From IMG/VR virus record IMGVR_UViG_3300036830_000174, positions 1-54,122 of that record: a DNA stretch of 54,122 nt. One strand, written 5' to 3'. The notes below the pieces were generated by a model. The model had not been told where the DNA came from. It did no database searches and saw nothing but the letters and a program-made list of their open reading frames with translations. Below are positions 1 to 8,043 of the stretch, one piece after another. The stretch comes from a virus. Taxonomy: Duplodnaviria; Caudoviricetes. Position 1 is the first letter of the stretch. Each line of letters starts with the position of its first letter. The translations under genes and the position numbers were made by a program.

Positions 1-89
1 GCGGACTGGTGGTGCCTCGCGTTCGATCACGGAGCACTCGTTCACTTCCCCGCCAAGCGATCATTCGTGCGAGTGAGAGAGGGACAGAG

Positions 90-305
90 GTGATCCAAGT
101 CACGCTGAGCTGCGACGCCGCCGGCTGCGAAGAGACCGTCGTGCTCGCGAGCGACAAGCGCAACGACAGCGACACCGTCACGGAGATTGACTTCGGCGCC
201 TACGACGGCGAGAGGCCGGGCGGCTGGGTCGACGGCACGTGGTACGCGCCCGAAGGCTGGACGCAGACGCCCGACAACCAGGTCGCGTGTCCGTCTCACC
301 GATGA
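90..305 (+). CDS. Hypothetical protein, Cys/His Zn-binding motifs
   Basis: GTG after a purine-rich RBS; CDAAGC and CPSH motifs; stop overlaps next ATG. Confidence 0.6.
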   Translation: MIQVTLSCDAAGCEETVVLASDKRNDSDTVTEIDFGAYDGERPGGWVDGTWYAPEGWTQTPDNQVACPSHR

Positions 306-976
306 GCGGGATTCGCTTCCCGGCGCGTATCCGTCCGTGTCCGACGTGCTCGCCCGACGGCGTACTCCGCTCGGCGCTGAGCGGCGGCCGTCCGTGTCCG
401 ACGTGCAACGGGAGCGGGTGCGAGGTCACGCCAGAGGACGAAGTGCTCGTCGCGGACTGGTGGCGACGTCGTGTCGCAGGCGCTTCGCGTGGCGAATCGC
501 TGCTGCTCGGCGGACTGGTGGCTGTGCGGCTGTGCGTCCCGTGGCGCGACCCGCGACGCAAGACGAAGGAGGCGAGTCTCACCCTGCGCGCACAGGCTCG
601 CGGCCGCTGGCGTTGGATCAAGCTGACCGTCTTCTCGCCGAGCGGGACGCACCGCGAGCAGATGAACGGCACCGTCTCGCTGACGGCCGAAGCGAAGACC
701 TGGCTGACGGACAACTCGCTACGTGGCAACCTGCGCCGCAAGGCATTCGCTCGCGTCGGCGTGAAGCTCGGTGCCGGCGGGGCGCCCGATGTGGGGGGCG
801 GCTGCGAGGTCCTGAGCGAGAGCGGCAAGCGCTGCACGTGGGAGCGCGGGCACGAGGCGATGCGTGTGCACTACGACGGCTCGCCGGCGCCCGGCGTCTT
901 CCCGCACTCATGGGCCACGCCGCGACTCGGCAGGAACGCCACCGTCGTCGTCGAGCCGAGGCGTCCACGTGGCTGA
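302..976 (+). CDS. Hypothetical protein with DnaJ-like CxxC...CxxCxGxG zinc finger
   Basis: ATGA overlap; CPTC..G and CPTCNGSG motifs encoded by an exact 19-nt duplication (331-349, 388-406). Confidence 0.65.
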   Translation: MSGIRFPARIRPCPTCSPDGVLRSALSGGRPCPTCNGSGCEVTPEDEVLVADWWRRRVAGASRGESLLLGGLVAVRLCVPWRDPRRKTKEASLTLRAQARGRWRWIKLTVFSPSGTHREQMNGTVSLTAEAKTWLTDNSLRGNLRRKAFARVGVKLGAGGAPDVGGGCEVLSESGKRCTWERGHEAMRVHYDGSPAPGVFPHSWATPRLGRNATVVVEPRRPRG

Positions 977-1223
977 GAACATCGCTCACGGCGAGGAAGT
1001 GCGAGCGCGCGCTGAGGTGCAGCGCGTCGAGGGCTACCTCGACCTGACGCTGACCGCGCGGGCATGGCCGTCACGCGACGGCGGCTCGATGACGGGGCGC
1101 TTCTCAGTGCGAGAGGCGCGGAAGCTGCACCGTGAACTCGGCGCGAAGATCGAGAGCGCGGTACGGTGGGAAAAGCGCCTGCACGATGCGCAGAAACGCA
1201 ACGCAAAGCGGAGGCGACGATGA
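969..1223 (+). CDS. Hypothetical protein
   Basis: GTG start after GAGG; coupled to neighbours. Confidence 0.55.
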   Translation: MAENIAHGEEVRARAEVQRVEGYLDLTLTARAWPSRDGGSMTGRFSVREARKLHRELGAKIESAVRWEKRLHDAQKRNAKRRRR

Positions 1224-1429
1224 CCGACGTGGCGATCGAGGCGAGCATCGAGCCGCAGGAGACGTTCGCCGGCGGCGGCCCGCAGAAGACCGGCGCGTAC
1301 GACTGGTCGATCGACATGGTCGTCACGCCGGCGGTCGGCAAGCCGAAGACCGTCCGGCGTTCGGGGCGATCGCTTGACCGCGGCCGCGCCGTCGCCGAGG
1401 TCGTGCGTGAGATAGAGGGGGCGCTGTGA
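1220..1429 (+). CDS. Hypothetical protein
   Basis: GGAGG RBS, ATGA overlap. Confidence 0.65.
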   Translation: MTDVAIEASIEPQETFAGGGPQKTGAYDWSIDMVVTPAVGKPKTVRRSGRSLDRGRAVAEVVREIEGAL

Positions 1430-1749
1430 GCAGCGAGAGCCGACGCATGGCACGCCGAGCAGCGCGGGCAGACCACGCACAGAGCGGGGGAGCGACGCTG
1501 ACGCTGCGTGTCCCGTGGAAGTTCTCCAACGGCGCGCTGCCGGTGATGGGCGAAGTCGCGCGCCTGATCGGGCCCGACGGCACCACCTGCGTCGGCCTGC
1601 TCGAGGACGGCACGCCGATCGAGCTACCGCACGGCGCGTACGGCGTATTGCTCGAGGGCCGCGTGCTGCCGTCGGACACCGGCCATGCCACGTGGGAGCT
1701 TCGTTATGAGATGAGCGACGTGGTCAGAGACGCCGACCCAATCATCTGA
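1426..1749 (+). CDS. Hypothetical protein
   Basis: GTGA overlap, GC3-rich codons. Confidence 0.6.
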   Translation: MSSESRRMARRAARADHAQSGGATLTLRVPWKFSNGALPVMGEVARLIGPDGTTCVGLLEDGTPIELPHGAYGVLLEGRVLPSDTGHATWELRYEMSDVVRDADPII

Positions 1750-1770
1750 GCGGCGGCGTAGCGTTCGGTC

Positions 1771-2103
1771 ATGGCCGCCGTGCGCTTCTCTCTGCCGTGC
1801 TACACGATCACCGAACACGCGCTGCTGCGGTGGGTTGAGCGCTGCCGCCCGGACCTGGCGTTCGAGGACGGCGACGGGCGCTCGCGCGCGCTGCTGGCGA
1901 TGCTTGCCTTCGTCGCCGACGCCCGGCCCGTGCGCGACTGGCCGGTCTGGCTCTCGCACCTGGCGCCGCACCACCGTGAGGAGGACGTGCACCTCATGGT
2001 CGGAGACGACGTCGTGCTGCCGATCGGCAACCGAGACGGCTACACAGCGATCAAGACGGTGCTGACGCGGGAGTGGGACGGGCGGCGGGCGGCGGCGGTA
2101 TAG
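1771..2103 (+). CDS. Hypothetical protein, possible RelE/DUF4258-like (BECR-fold) RNase; leaderless
   Basis: ITEHALLRWVER ... IKTVL motif; TAGCGT -10 at 1759-1764, 6 nt before ATG. Confidence 0.55.
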   Translation: MAAVRFSLPCYTITEHALLRWVERCRPDLAFEDGDGRSRALLAMLAFVADARPVRDWPVWLSHLAPHHREEDVHLMVGDDVVLPIGNRDGYTAIKTVLTREWDGRRAAAV

Positions 2104-2112
2104 CGTATATCG

Positions 2113-2147
2113 TGTTATACTGCTCCGCGTTACCCGATCCGAAGGAG
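2113..2147 (+). promoter_or_regulatory. Extended -10 promoter + GTTACCCGATCC leader tag + RBS (copy 1)
   Basis: TGTTATACT 2113-2121, 7 nt, tag 2129-2140, GAAGGAG 2141-2147. Confidence 0.75.
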
Positions 2148-2153
2148 TCCGAA

Positions 2154-2525
2154 GTGTCCGCAGCCACGCAGGAGCGCCACACCCTCCGAGTCCGCGTCTC
2201 GCAGACGGCCACGGGCGAGCCGCCTACCGAGCACCAGGTTCGCAACAGGGGCCTGACCCCGACCGACGACCCGTTCTGGTTCGAGGCGTTCGCGACGCCG
2301 GTCGCCGCCGCGAACATTCGCGAGAACGGCCAGCACGCGCGCGGCACGCTGCTGACGAGCTTCTCTCCGCCGCAGTCGGCCGACGGAGTGGTCGAGGACG
2401 TACAGCCGCCGACCGACGCGGAACGCACCGATCACCGCCCGATGGTCTACGACCGCGAGGCCAGTCGGTGGATCCCGAGCCTCAGCGACCGCGCGCAGAC
2501 GCTGCGGGTCGTCGTCGATGAGTAG
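2154..2525 (+). CDS. Hypothetical protein
   Basis: GTG 6 nt after GAAGGAG. Confidence 0.65.
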   Translation: MSAATQERHTLRVRVSQTATGEPPTEHQVRNRGLTPTDDPFWFEAFATPVAAANIRENGQHARGTLLTSFSPPQSADGVVEDVQPPTDAERTDHRPMVYDREASRWIPSLSDRAQTLRVVVDE

Positions 2526-2856
2526 CGACGAGGTCTTCTCCGCGGACGTCCGTCTCGTCCACCGCTTCGGCCGATGGAACCTGCGGGTCAACTCCGAGGA
2601 GCGCCCCATCTCGGCGCAGAACGCGCTGATGCTCGTCGTCGAGCTCTCGGATATGCACCCGACCGACCTGACCGACGAGGTGCGCGACGTCATCCGCCGC
2701 GACGCCGACGAGGCGGAGGAGGCGGCGCGCAAGGCTGACGAGCACGTCCGTACCGAGTCCGCGAGACTGGCAAGCTCGGCCGTCTCGGCGCGCGAACGAG
2801 CGCTCGAGCGCCGGCGCGAGGCCAACCATCTGTGCAAGGCGCGTCTCGATGCCTGA
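2518..2856 (+). CDS. Hypothetical protein, C-terminal coiled coil
   Basis: Overlapping ORF with phage codon bias. Confidence 0.6.
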   Translation: MSSDEVFSADVRLVHRFGRWNLRVNSEERPISAQNALMLVVELSDMHPTDLTDEVRDVIRRDADEAEEAARKADEHVRTESARLASSAVSARERALERRREANHLCKARLDA

Positions 2857-3106
2857 GTTCATCGTCTGCCCGCCGCACATCGTGGGGAACGTGCACAAGT
2901 ACGAAGTGGTCTGCTCGAGCGACGGCGTCCGGCTCTCATCGGTGGACTTGGCGCGGGCGCACGGCATCGAGACGCTCGACCACGACGACTTCTGGATCGC
3001 CGAGGTCAACGGCCGCGAACTCCTCGCGATCCGTCACTCCAACGGCGAGGTCCGCTCCGAAGCGACGATCACGGAGATGCACGCCGTGCGGGAAGCGATC
3101 GTCTGA
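2849..3106 (+). CDS. Hypothetical protein
   Basis: Overlapping ORF with phage codon bias. Confidence 0.6.
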   Translation: MPEFIVCPPHIVGNVHKYEVVCSSDGVRLSSVDLARAHGIETLDHDDFWIAEVNGRELLAIRHSNGEVRSEATITEMHAVREAIV

Positions 3107-3465
3107 TGGCACCTGACATCACCGACCCCCGCGACCTCGGCGGCAGCTTCTCCGGTGGGGACGACCCGTTCGGCGCCAGCAACGTCCTGATCGACGCGAG
3201 GCACGCGATCCTGGCCTCACACTTGGACATCTGCAAGATCGACCCGGAAGGCGGCGCGCGCGGCCGGGACGATGTCTACGCCGTCATCGTTGGCGGTCGG
3301 ATCAACCAGACGCAGGACACCGCCCGCGTCCTGTTCTTCGGCGACCTCGATTGGCTCGCTTCGCTCATCACAGAGGCGCACGGCGTTGCTGAGCGCGACG
3401 GCAAGCTCGCTGAGTTGCAGCGGCTATGTCAAGAGCGATGGGAGAAGATGCCGCATGGCGCGTAA
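3106..3465 (+). CDS. Hypothetical protein
   Basis: TGATG overlap. Confidence 0.65.
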   Translation: MAPDITDPRDLGGSFSGGDDPFGASNVLIDARHAILASHLDICKIDPEGGARGRDDVYAVIVGGRINQTQDTARVLFFGDLDWLASLITEAHGVAERDGKLAELQRLCQERWEKMPHGA

Positions 3466-3733
3466 GCAACTCGGCATGGTGGACGACGCGCTGCTGGACG
3501 ACGTCGATCGCCGCGCGCTGGGACTCGGGCAGACGCGTCGCACTTTCGTTGAACGGGCCCTCGAGCGCCATATAGAATATGTCGATGAGGTGAGTCAGAC
3601 GCATCGTGGCGTAGATGCCACCGTCGCGGTGGCCGAGCACCGCGCGGCGCTGCGGCCGGCCTCGGCGATCACGCCCTCGAACGCCGCGAAGGCTGGCGTG
3701 CGACCACGACCTCGAGGAGGCAGGAAGCGATGA
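3455..3733 (+). CDS. Ribbon-helix-helix (CopG-like) DNA-binding protein
   Basis: MARKQLGMVDDALLDDVDRRA..GQTRRTFVERALE pattern. Confidence 0.65.
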   Translation: MARKQLGMVDDALLDDVDRRALGLGQTRRTFVERALERHIEYVDEVSQTHRGVDATVAVAEHRAALRPASAITPSNAAKAGVRPRPRGGRKR

Positions 3734-4725
3734 AGCCCCCAGACGAGCGCCGCGAGGCCGCGGTCGCCGCCTACGACGCAGCCCGTAGTGGGGAGGCGGA
3801 GGTCGAGCCTGCCCTGGATCGGATCAAGGCAGCGGCTCGCGCGGCGTTCGACTTCGCCAACGAATCAGACGAGTTCAGTGATCGCTTCGAGCAGTGGTGG
3901 GCCTACTGGTCGGGGGAGGAGCGCGCCGCGCTCGCCGAGCACCCCGAGCCACGACAGGCGGAGGGCGACTTGCAAGAGGCTGCCCGCGAAGCGCTTGTTG
4001 TGCTCGCGGCGTTGAAGCTGGGAGATGTTCGAGAGCGGCATGTGCCTGAGCTTTGGGACTTGCTCTTGCGAGCGCATGACCTCCTATTGGCTGCCCTCTC
4101 CCATCACCCAGAGCCCGGCCCCATGGTCGGTGCAGGCCTCTCCGGGCCGCCGCTTGGACCTCAGCCCGAGCCACGACAGGATCAACCTGTCGATCGGGCG
4201 GGAAATGGGGGCTGCACCTGCCGCAAACCGCCCAAGGGCATGATCGGCTGGGATCGGGGCATGGTCGATCGCGACTGTCCGCATCATGGTCACGAAGCGC
4301 TGCCTGAGCCGACCAACGATCCTCAACTAGATGCTGTTGTCGGTGCCCTACAGGATGGTAGGGAGCGGGCGACGCTGGACGACGGCGCCGTTGCTCTTTG
4401 GCGTCCTAATCCTCAGCACCCGTGGCGTGAGTGGGAGTCGGACAAGAGCGACGAGGTCCAAGGCGAAATGCTTGACTTCGTCCCGCTCGCCGTTGCTCAG
4501 CGCGTTCTCGCCGAGCACCCACACCAAGACGTAGAGCCCGAGCGCGACGAGAAGTTCGTACGTGGCTGGAGCGAGGGCTGGCAGTGCGCGTGCATAAAGG
4601 CCGACGGGTCCTTGCCGCCCGAGTCCCAGGTCCGGGAAGCACTGGTGTTCGCGGGCTTCTCGGATGACGTGATCAACGCTGCCCTCGCCTCCTCACCCGA
4701 CCAACCGAGCGAGGCACCCAAGTGA
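3730..4725 (+). CDS. Mosaic hypothetical protein (Ea22-like modular architecture)
   Basis: Repeated AAL..HPEP/QP joints; lower-GC codons. Confidence 0.65.
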   Translation: MKPPDERREAAVAAYDAARSGEAEVEPALDRIKAAARAAFDFANESDEFSDRFEQWWAYWSGEERAALAEHPEPRQAEGDLQEAAREALVVLAALKLGDVRERHVPELWDLLLRAHDLLLAALSHHPEPGPMVGAGLSGPPLGPQPEPRQDQPVDRAGNGGCTCRKPPKGMIGWDRGMVDRDCPHHGHEALPEPTNDPQLDAVVGALQDGRERATLDDGAVALWRPNPQHPWREWESDKSDEVQGEMLDFVPLAVAQRVLAEHPHQDVEPERDEKFVRGWSEGWQCACIKADGSLPPESQVREALVFAGFSDDVINAALASSPDQPSEAPK

Positions 4726-4979
4726 CCGTCAAGCGCTCTCTCCTCTGGCTGGGCGCGGCTCTAGCTGCCGCAGCGTTCTGCTGGATCGGCGTCTTCATCG
4801 CAGTCGAGGCGATCGAAAGCCACGAACAAGCGCTACGCCACGAACACGCCGAAGAACGCTGCACCAACACGATCGAGTTGCCAGAACGCATCGTTGTCGA
4901 AGGGCACAACTACACCTGTGATGCTGATGGGTATGCGGTGGAAGAACTGCCGTTTAGGAGGGGAAACGAGCATCGCTAA
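4722..4979 (+). CDS. Small membrane protein
   Basis: N-terminal hydrophobic helix; GTGA overlap. Confidence 0.6.
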   Translation: MTVKRSLLWLGAALAAAAFCWIGVFIAVEAIESHEQALRHEHAEERCTNTIELPERIVVEGHNYTCDADGYAVEELPFRRGNEHR

Positions 4980-5174
4980 CTATCGACGCCCCAACTGCGT
5001 GCGCCCGCAGCCGCGCCGCCAGCAGCGCGAGCAGACGACGCGCGGCGTACACGACCCGCTCGGCCTGCGCCGCGCGTCGCTGACTACCGAGCATCCGTTG
5101 TTGCCGGATCCGCGCGACCCGGAGCAACTGCGGCCGGACTCGCCGGAGTGGTGGCAGCGGGAGAACGACAACCG

Positions 5175-5384
5175 ATGAGCGACGCTGCGCGCCTGGCGCT
5201 GCTGCTGCGGTTCATGCTCGCCGCGCGCGTGCTCAAGGACTCCGACGCTCGCGTGACACGCGCTGCCGTGGCAATACGGAAGCGTCTGGACGGAACCGTG
5301 CAGGGCGACATCGACCACGACGAGCCGACGCTGATACTGCGCGACGACGCCGTCGTTGCCCTGCTGGCGGCAGACTCGTGTTGA
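5175..5384 (+). CDS. Hypothetical protein
   Basis: GGGAG RBS, ATGA overlap. Confidence 0.5.
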   Translation: MSDAARLALLLRFMLAARVLKDSDARVTRAAVAIRKRLDGTVQGDIDHDEPTLILRDDAVVALLAADSC

Positions 5385-5560
5385 TGGACTCGCAGCACGG
5401 CAACCGCCCGAAACCCGACCGCGACCCGAAGTCGCTGCTGTTCGTGCCCGAGGCCGTGCGCCGGATGCGCGCCGCCAACCTACGCGACCAGGAGGAAGCC
5501 GCTCGAGCCGAGCAGCGCGAGCGCGAGCAGCGCGGGCTCAGGGAGCAGCGTCCGACGTGA
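5384..5560 (+). CDS. Hypothetical protein
   Basis: TGATG overlap. Confidence 0.5.
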   Translation: MDSQHGNRPKPDRDPKSLLFVPEAVRRMRAANLRDQEEAARAEQREREQRGLREQRPT

Positions 5561-6102
5561 CGGTCGCACCGCGCCTGTTCGATGTCGCGGAGGACGCGCC
5601 CGACGTGGAGAGCGCCCTGGCGCTCCTAGACGCGCTGCCGACGCCGCCCGGCGACGGGCTGCGGCTGGCACCGCTCACGCTGCGAGCCGCGAACGCGATC
5701 ATCGCCGCGCTGCACCGACACTCGGAGGAAGTGCGCGGCATGAAGTTCGCTACGCGGGCGCTGATCGGCGAGCAGCACGTCGGCATCGCGATCGCGGGTC
5801 GGCCCGTCAGTCGCATCCTCGACGATGGCCTGACGGTCGAGATCCTGCGCGTGTGCACCTGGACGGAGAACAAGAACGTGTGCTCGAAGCTGTACGGCGC
5901 GTGCTGCCGCGCGGCGGCGGCGCTCGGCCATGTGCGCGCCGTGACCTACACGCGCGCCGACGAGAGTGGAACGAGCCTGCGCGCCGCCGGCTTCGTTGAG
6001 GTGGACCGCCGGCGCGCCGAATCCTGGGACTGCTCGTCGCGCCCGCGCGATGAGGACCACCACGAGTTGTCCGAGCGTGCGCGCTGGGAACGGCCACTGT
6101 GA
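5557..6102 (+). CDS. XF1762-family / Mom-like GNAT DNA-modification protein
   Basis: AANA..HRH, GIAIAGRPVSR.LDDG.TVEILRVCT, SKLYGA, VTYT...ESGTSLRAAGF motifs. Confidence 0.75.
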   Translation: MTVAPRLFDVAEDAPDVESALALLDALPTPPGDGLRLAPLTLRAANAIIAALHRHSEEVRGMKFATRALIGEQHVGIAIAGRPVSRILDDGLTVEILRVCTWTENKNVCSKLYGACCRAAAALGHVRAVTYTRADESGTSLRAAGFVEVDRRRAESWDCSSRPRDEDHHELSERARWERPL

Positions 6103-6234
6103 CCGACGACGACCGCGAGCAGCGCATCGCGTTCGTGGCACGCGCCATCACCGCGCAGAACGCGCAGCCACGCACCGTCACCCGTCTAGCGTCGCTGACG
6201 AAGCCGAGGCCGTGCTGCACATGCTGACCATCTG

Positions 6235-6275
6235 AAAAACCACTGGAAAGAAAGTTGCCAGTTGCTTTCCAGTGG
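6235..6275 (-). terminator. 11-bp perfect inverted repeat with T-tract on minus strand
   Basis: CCACTGGAAAG (6240-6250) / CTTTCCAGTGG (6265-6275); AAAAA at 6235-6239. Confidence 0.55.
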
Positions 6276-6310
6276 GGCTTGCGCGTCGGCGCGCTGGTAC
6301 GCTCCGCGCC

Positions 6311-6463
6311 ATGCCGTTCGAGTACGAGCCCACCGAATACGTGCCGCAACCCGAGAAGGTCTACCGCGGCTGGTACGGCGACTCGGCGCAGACGAAGATC
6401 TGCTGGTCGCAGAGACGCAAAGGCTTCCGCGCCGTCTTCCCCGACTGCAAGACGCTCGGCTAG
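6311..6463 (+). CDS. Hypothetical protein (leaderless)
   Basis: TGGTACGCT extended -10 (6295-6303), 7 nt before ATG. Confidence 0.6.
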   Translation: MPFEYEPTEYVPQPEKVYRGWYGDSAQTKICWSQRRKGFRAVFPDCKTLG

Positions 6464-6465
6464 TG

Positions 6466-6774
6466 ATGCAGACCGGCCGCGTCACCGTCCAGAGCGTCGG
6501 CGCGCCGACGCCGATCTACCCGCCGCCGGACACCGGCGACCAGGTCGCGCCGCAGCTCGAGGAGACGGGCCTCTACTTCCTGCGCGTGCAGAACCTCGGC
6601 GCGGTCGTCGTCGAACTGCTCGACGTCGCCGGCACGAAAGCGGGCGAAGGCTTCCCGCTGGCGGCCAAAGGCGAAACGTGGATGCTGGTCGGCGGCGAGG
6701 AGCACATCGAGGCGATCGCCGCCTCGAGCACAGCGGAAGTCGCGTTCACGCTGAGCCGCGCCAGCGCGATGTAG
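6466..6774 (+). CDS. Hypothetical beta-rich protein, possibly small virion protein
   Basis: Clean ORF; RVQNLG...GFPLAA motif reminiscent of small jelly-roll virion proteins. Confidence 0.6.
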   Translation: MQTGRVTVQSVGAPTPIYPPPDTGDQVAPQLEETGLYFLRVQNLGAVVVELLDVAGTKAGEGFPLAAKGETWMLVGGEEHIEAIAASSTAEVAFTLSRASAM

Positions 6775-6783
6775 ACTCCGGCG

Positions 6784-6920
6784 TCCACCGGCCAAGGGAC
6801 ACCAGAAGACGTGGCGTGTGAGAGAGTGAGCCACCGGGGCTACGTCCGCTAGACGGGCAGACAGGAAGTGTCCTCCAGTCGCCCCGGTGGGGACATCTCA
6901 CGAGGTGTGAGGGTCCCAAA
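6784..6920 (+). ncRNA. Putative structured non-coding RNA (family not recognised; strand uncertain)
   Basis: Nested helices 6796-6800/6913-6917, 6818-6823/6896-6901, 6831-6840/6881-6890 closing two hairpins; TAGACT -10 at 6772-6777. Confidence 0.5.
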
Positions 6921-6936
6921 TCCGCCGCCCGCAGAA

Positions 6937-6958
6937 TGTCGGGGGAGCAAGTTACTAT
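6937..6958 (+). promoter_or_regulatory. RecA-NDp (PafBC-type) DNA-damage promoter, leaderless
   Basis: TGTCGG-N10-TACTAT, 6 nt before ATG 6965. Confidence 0.6.
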
Positions 6959-6964
6959 GCGCCG

Positions 6965-7978
6965 ATGCCTGGCGTGGCGACAGCGGCGATGGAAGCGGCA
7001 GGGCTTGACGTTGCGGAGCACGAGCGCGTCGACGAGCCTTCGAGCTCGGCATCCTCCCAAGGTCGCGCTCGTGCTCCGCTGCCTCAACCTTCGACGCCGG
7101 CGACGTCTTCGCCTGCCGGCGGGCGCGATGTTGCACGCGACTCGATGCTCGTCACCGCGAAGCCGACGGCGAAGATCGTCCAGATGACGCCGGCGCGCGC
7201 TCGCACGATCCTCGAGGCGTGCAACTCGCATAACCGCAGTTGGGAAGACCGGCGCGTCGCGCAGTACGCGCAGGACATGCGCCGCGACGACTGGCTGTTC
7301 ACCGGCGAGGCGATCAAGGTCAGCCGGGAGGGCGTGCTGCTCGACGGCCAGCACCGGCTCTACGCCGTGCTCGACGCCGACATGACGGTGCCGCTGCTGC
7401 TCATCACCGGACTTGACCCGCGTGCGCAGGAGGTCATGGACCAGGGCAAGCCGCGGTCGCTCAGCGACGCGCTGCACTTGCGCGGCGAGCCGGACCCGAA
7501 CAACGTCGCTGCGGCGCTGCGCATGATTGCGCACTTCTACCGCGACGGCGCGCCCTTCCAGATGGGTCGCGCCGCCGGCATGAGCCACGGCTACGCGCTC
7601 CGCCTGTTTGACCGCGGCTCCAACCGAGAGGACCTGCACGCCGCGCTCAAGTTCGTGCGCAACCGGCGCAAGGGCCAGTGGATTTCTCTCTCGCAGATGG
7701 CGGCGCTGCACTTCCTGTTCAGCGCCGCCGACGAGCCGCGCGCGCTCGCGTTCACGGCCGGGCTGATGGAAGGCTCGAGCACCGTCACGGCGGTCCGCGA
7801 GCTGCGCTCGCACTTGATCGAGGAATACGACCGCTCGCAGACCGGCCAGCCGCGCCAGCACATCAAGACACGAACGGTCTACATCGTGCAGGCGTGGAAC
7901 GCGGCGCCGGGCAGCGTCCCGTCGTTCACCTGGCGGCAGGCCGACGGCTTCCCCGACATTCTCGGCATCTCCACATAG
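6965..7978 (+). CDS. ParB-like (DGQHR) domain protein
   Basis: MTP..A..IL..N..NR...V..YA.DM...W...GEAI....G.LLDGQHRLYAV...DQGKPRSLSD motif. Confidence 0.8.
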   Translation: MPGVATAAMEAAGLDVAEHERVDEPSSSASSQGRARAPLPQPSTPATSSPAGGRDVARDSMLVTAKPTAKIVQMTPARARTILEACNSHNRSWEDRRVAQYAQDMRRDDWLFTGEAIKVSREGVLLDGQHRLYAVLDADMTVPLLLITGLDPRAQEVMDQGKPRSLSDALHLRGEPDPNNVAAALRMIAHFYRDGAPFQMGRAAGMSHGYALRLFDRGSNREDLHAALKFVRNRRKGQWISLSQMAALHFLFSAADEPRALAFTAGLMEGSSTVTAVRELRSHLIEEYDRSQTGQPRQHIKTRTVYIVQAWNAAPGSVPSFTWRQADGFPDILGIST

Positions 7979-7995
7979 CCGAACGTCTCGGAGAG

Positions 7996-8033
7996 TGGTA
8001 CGCTCCTCCGCGTTACCCGATCCAACCTAGGAG
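7996..8033 (+). promoter_or_regulatory. Extended -10 promoter + GTTACCCGATCC leader tag + RBS (copy 2)
   Basis: TGGTACGCT 7996-8004, 7 nt, tag 8012-8023, AGGAG 8029-8033. Confidence 0.75.
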
Positions 8034-8043
8034 ACGATTGAAT

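Noticed and set aside
1-521. GCGGACTGGTGG occurring three times (about 1, 452, 510)
   Set aside because: Irregular spacing, mostly within coding sequence; no functional support
6099-6235. Short ORF that may be frameshifted
   Set aside because: Too short to distinguish pseudogene, sequencing error or real 42-aa gene
6911-6940. AAATCCG..GCCCGCAGAATGT resembling part of a cobalamin riboswitch
   Set aside because: Other conserved B12-box elements absent; the segment overlaps the PafBC-type promoter
6965-7978. ParABS plasmid-prophage partition system or Dnd system
   Set aside because: No ParA, parS array or other dnd genes nearby
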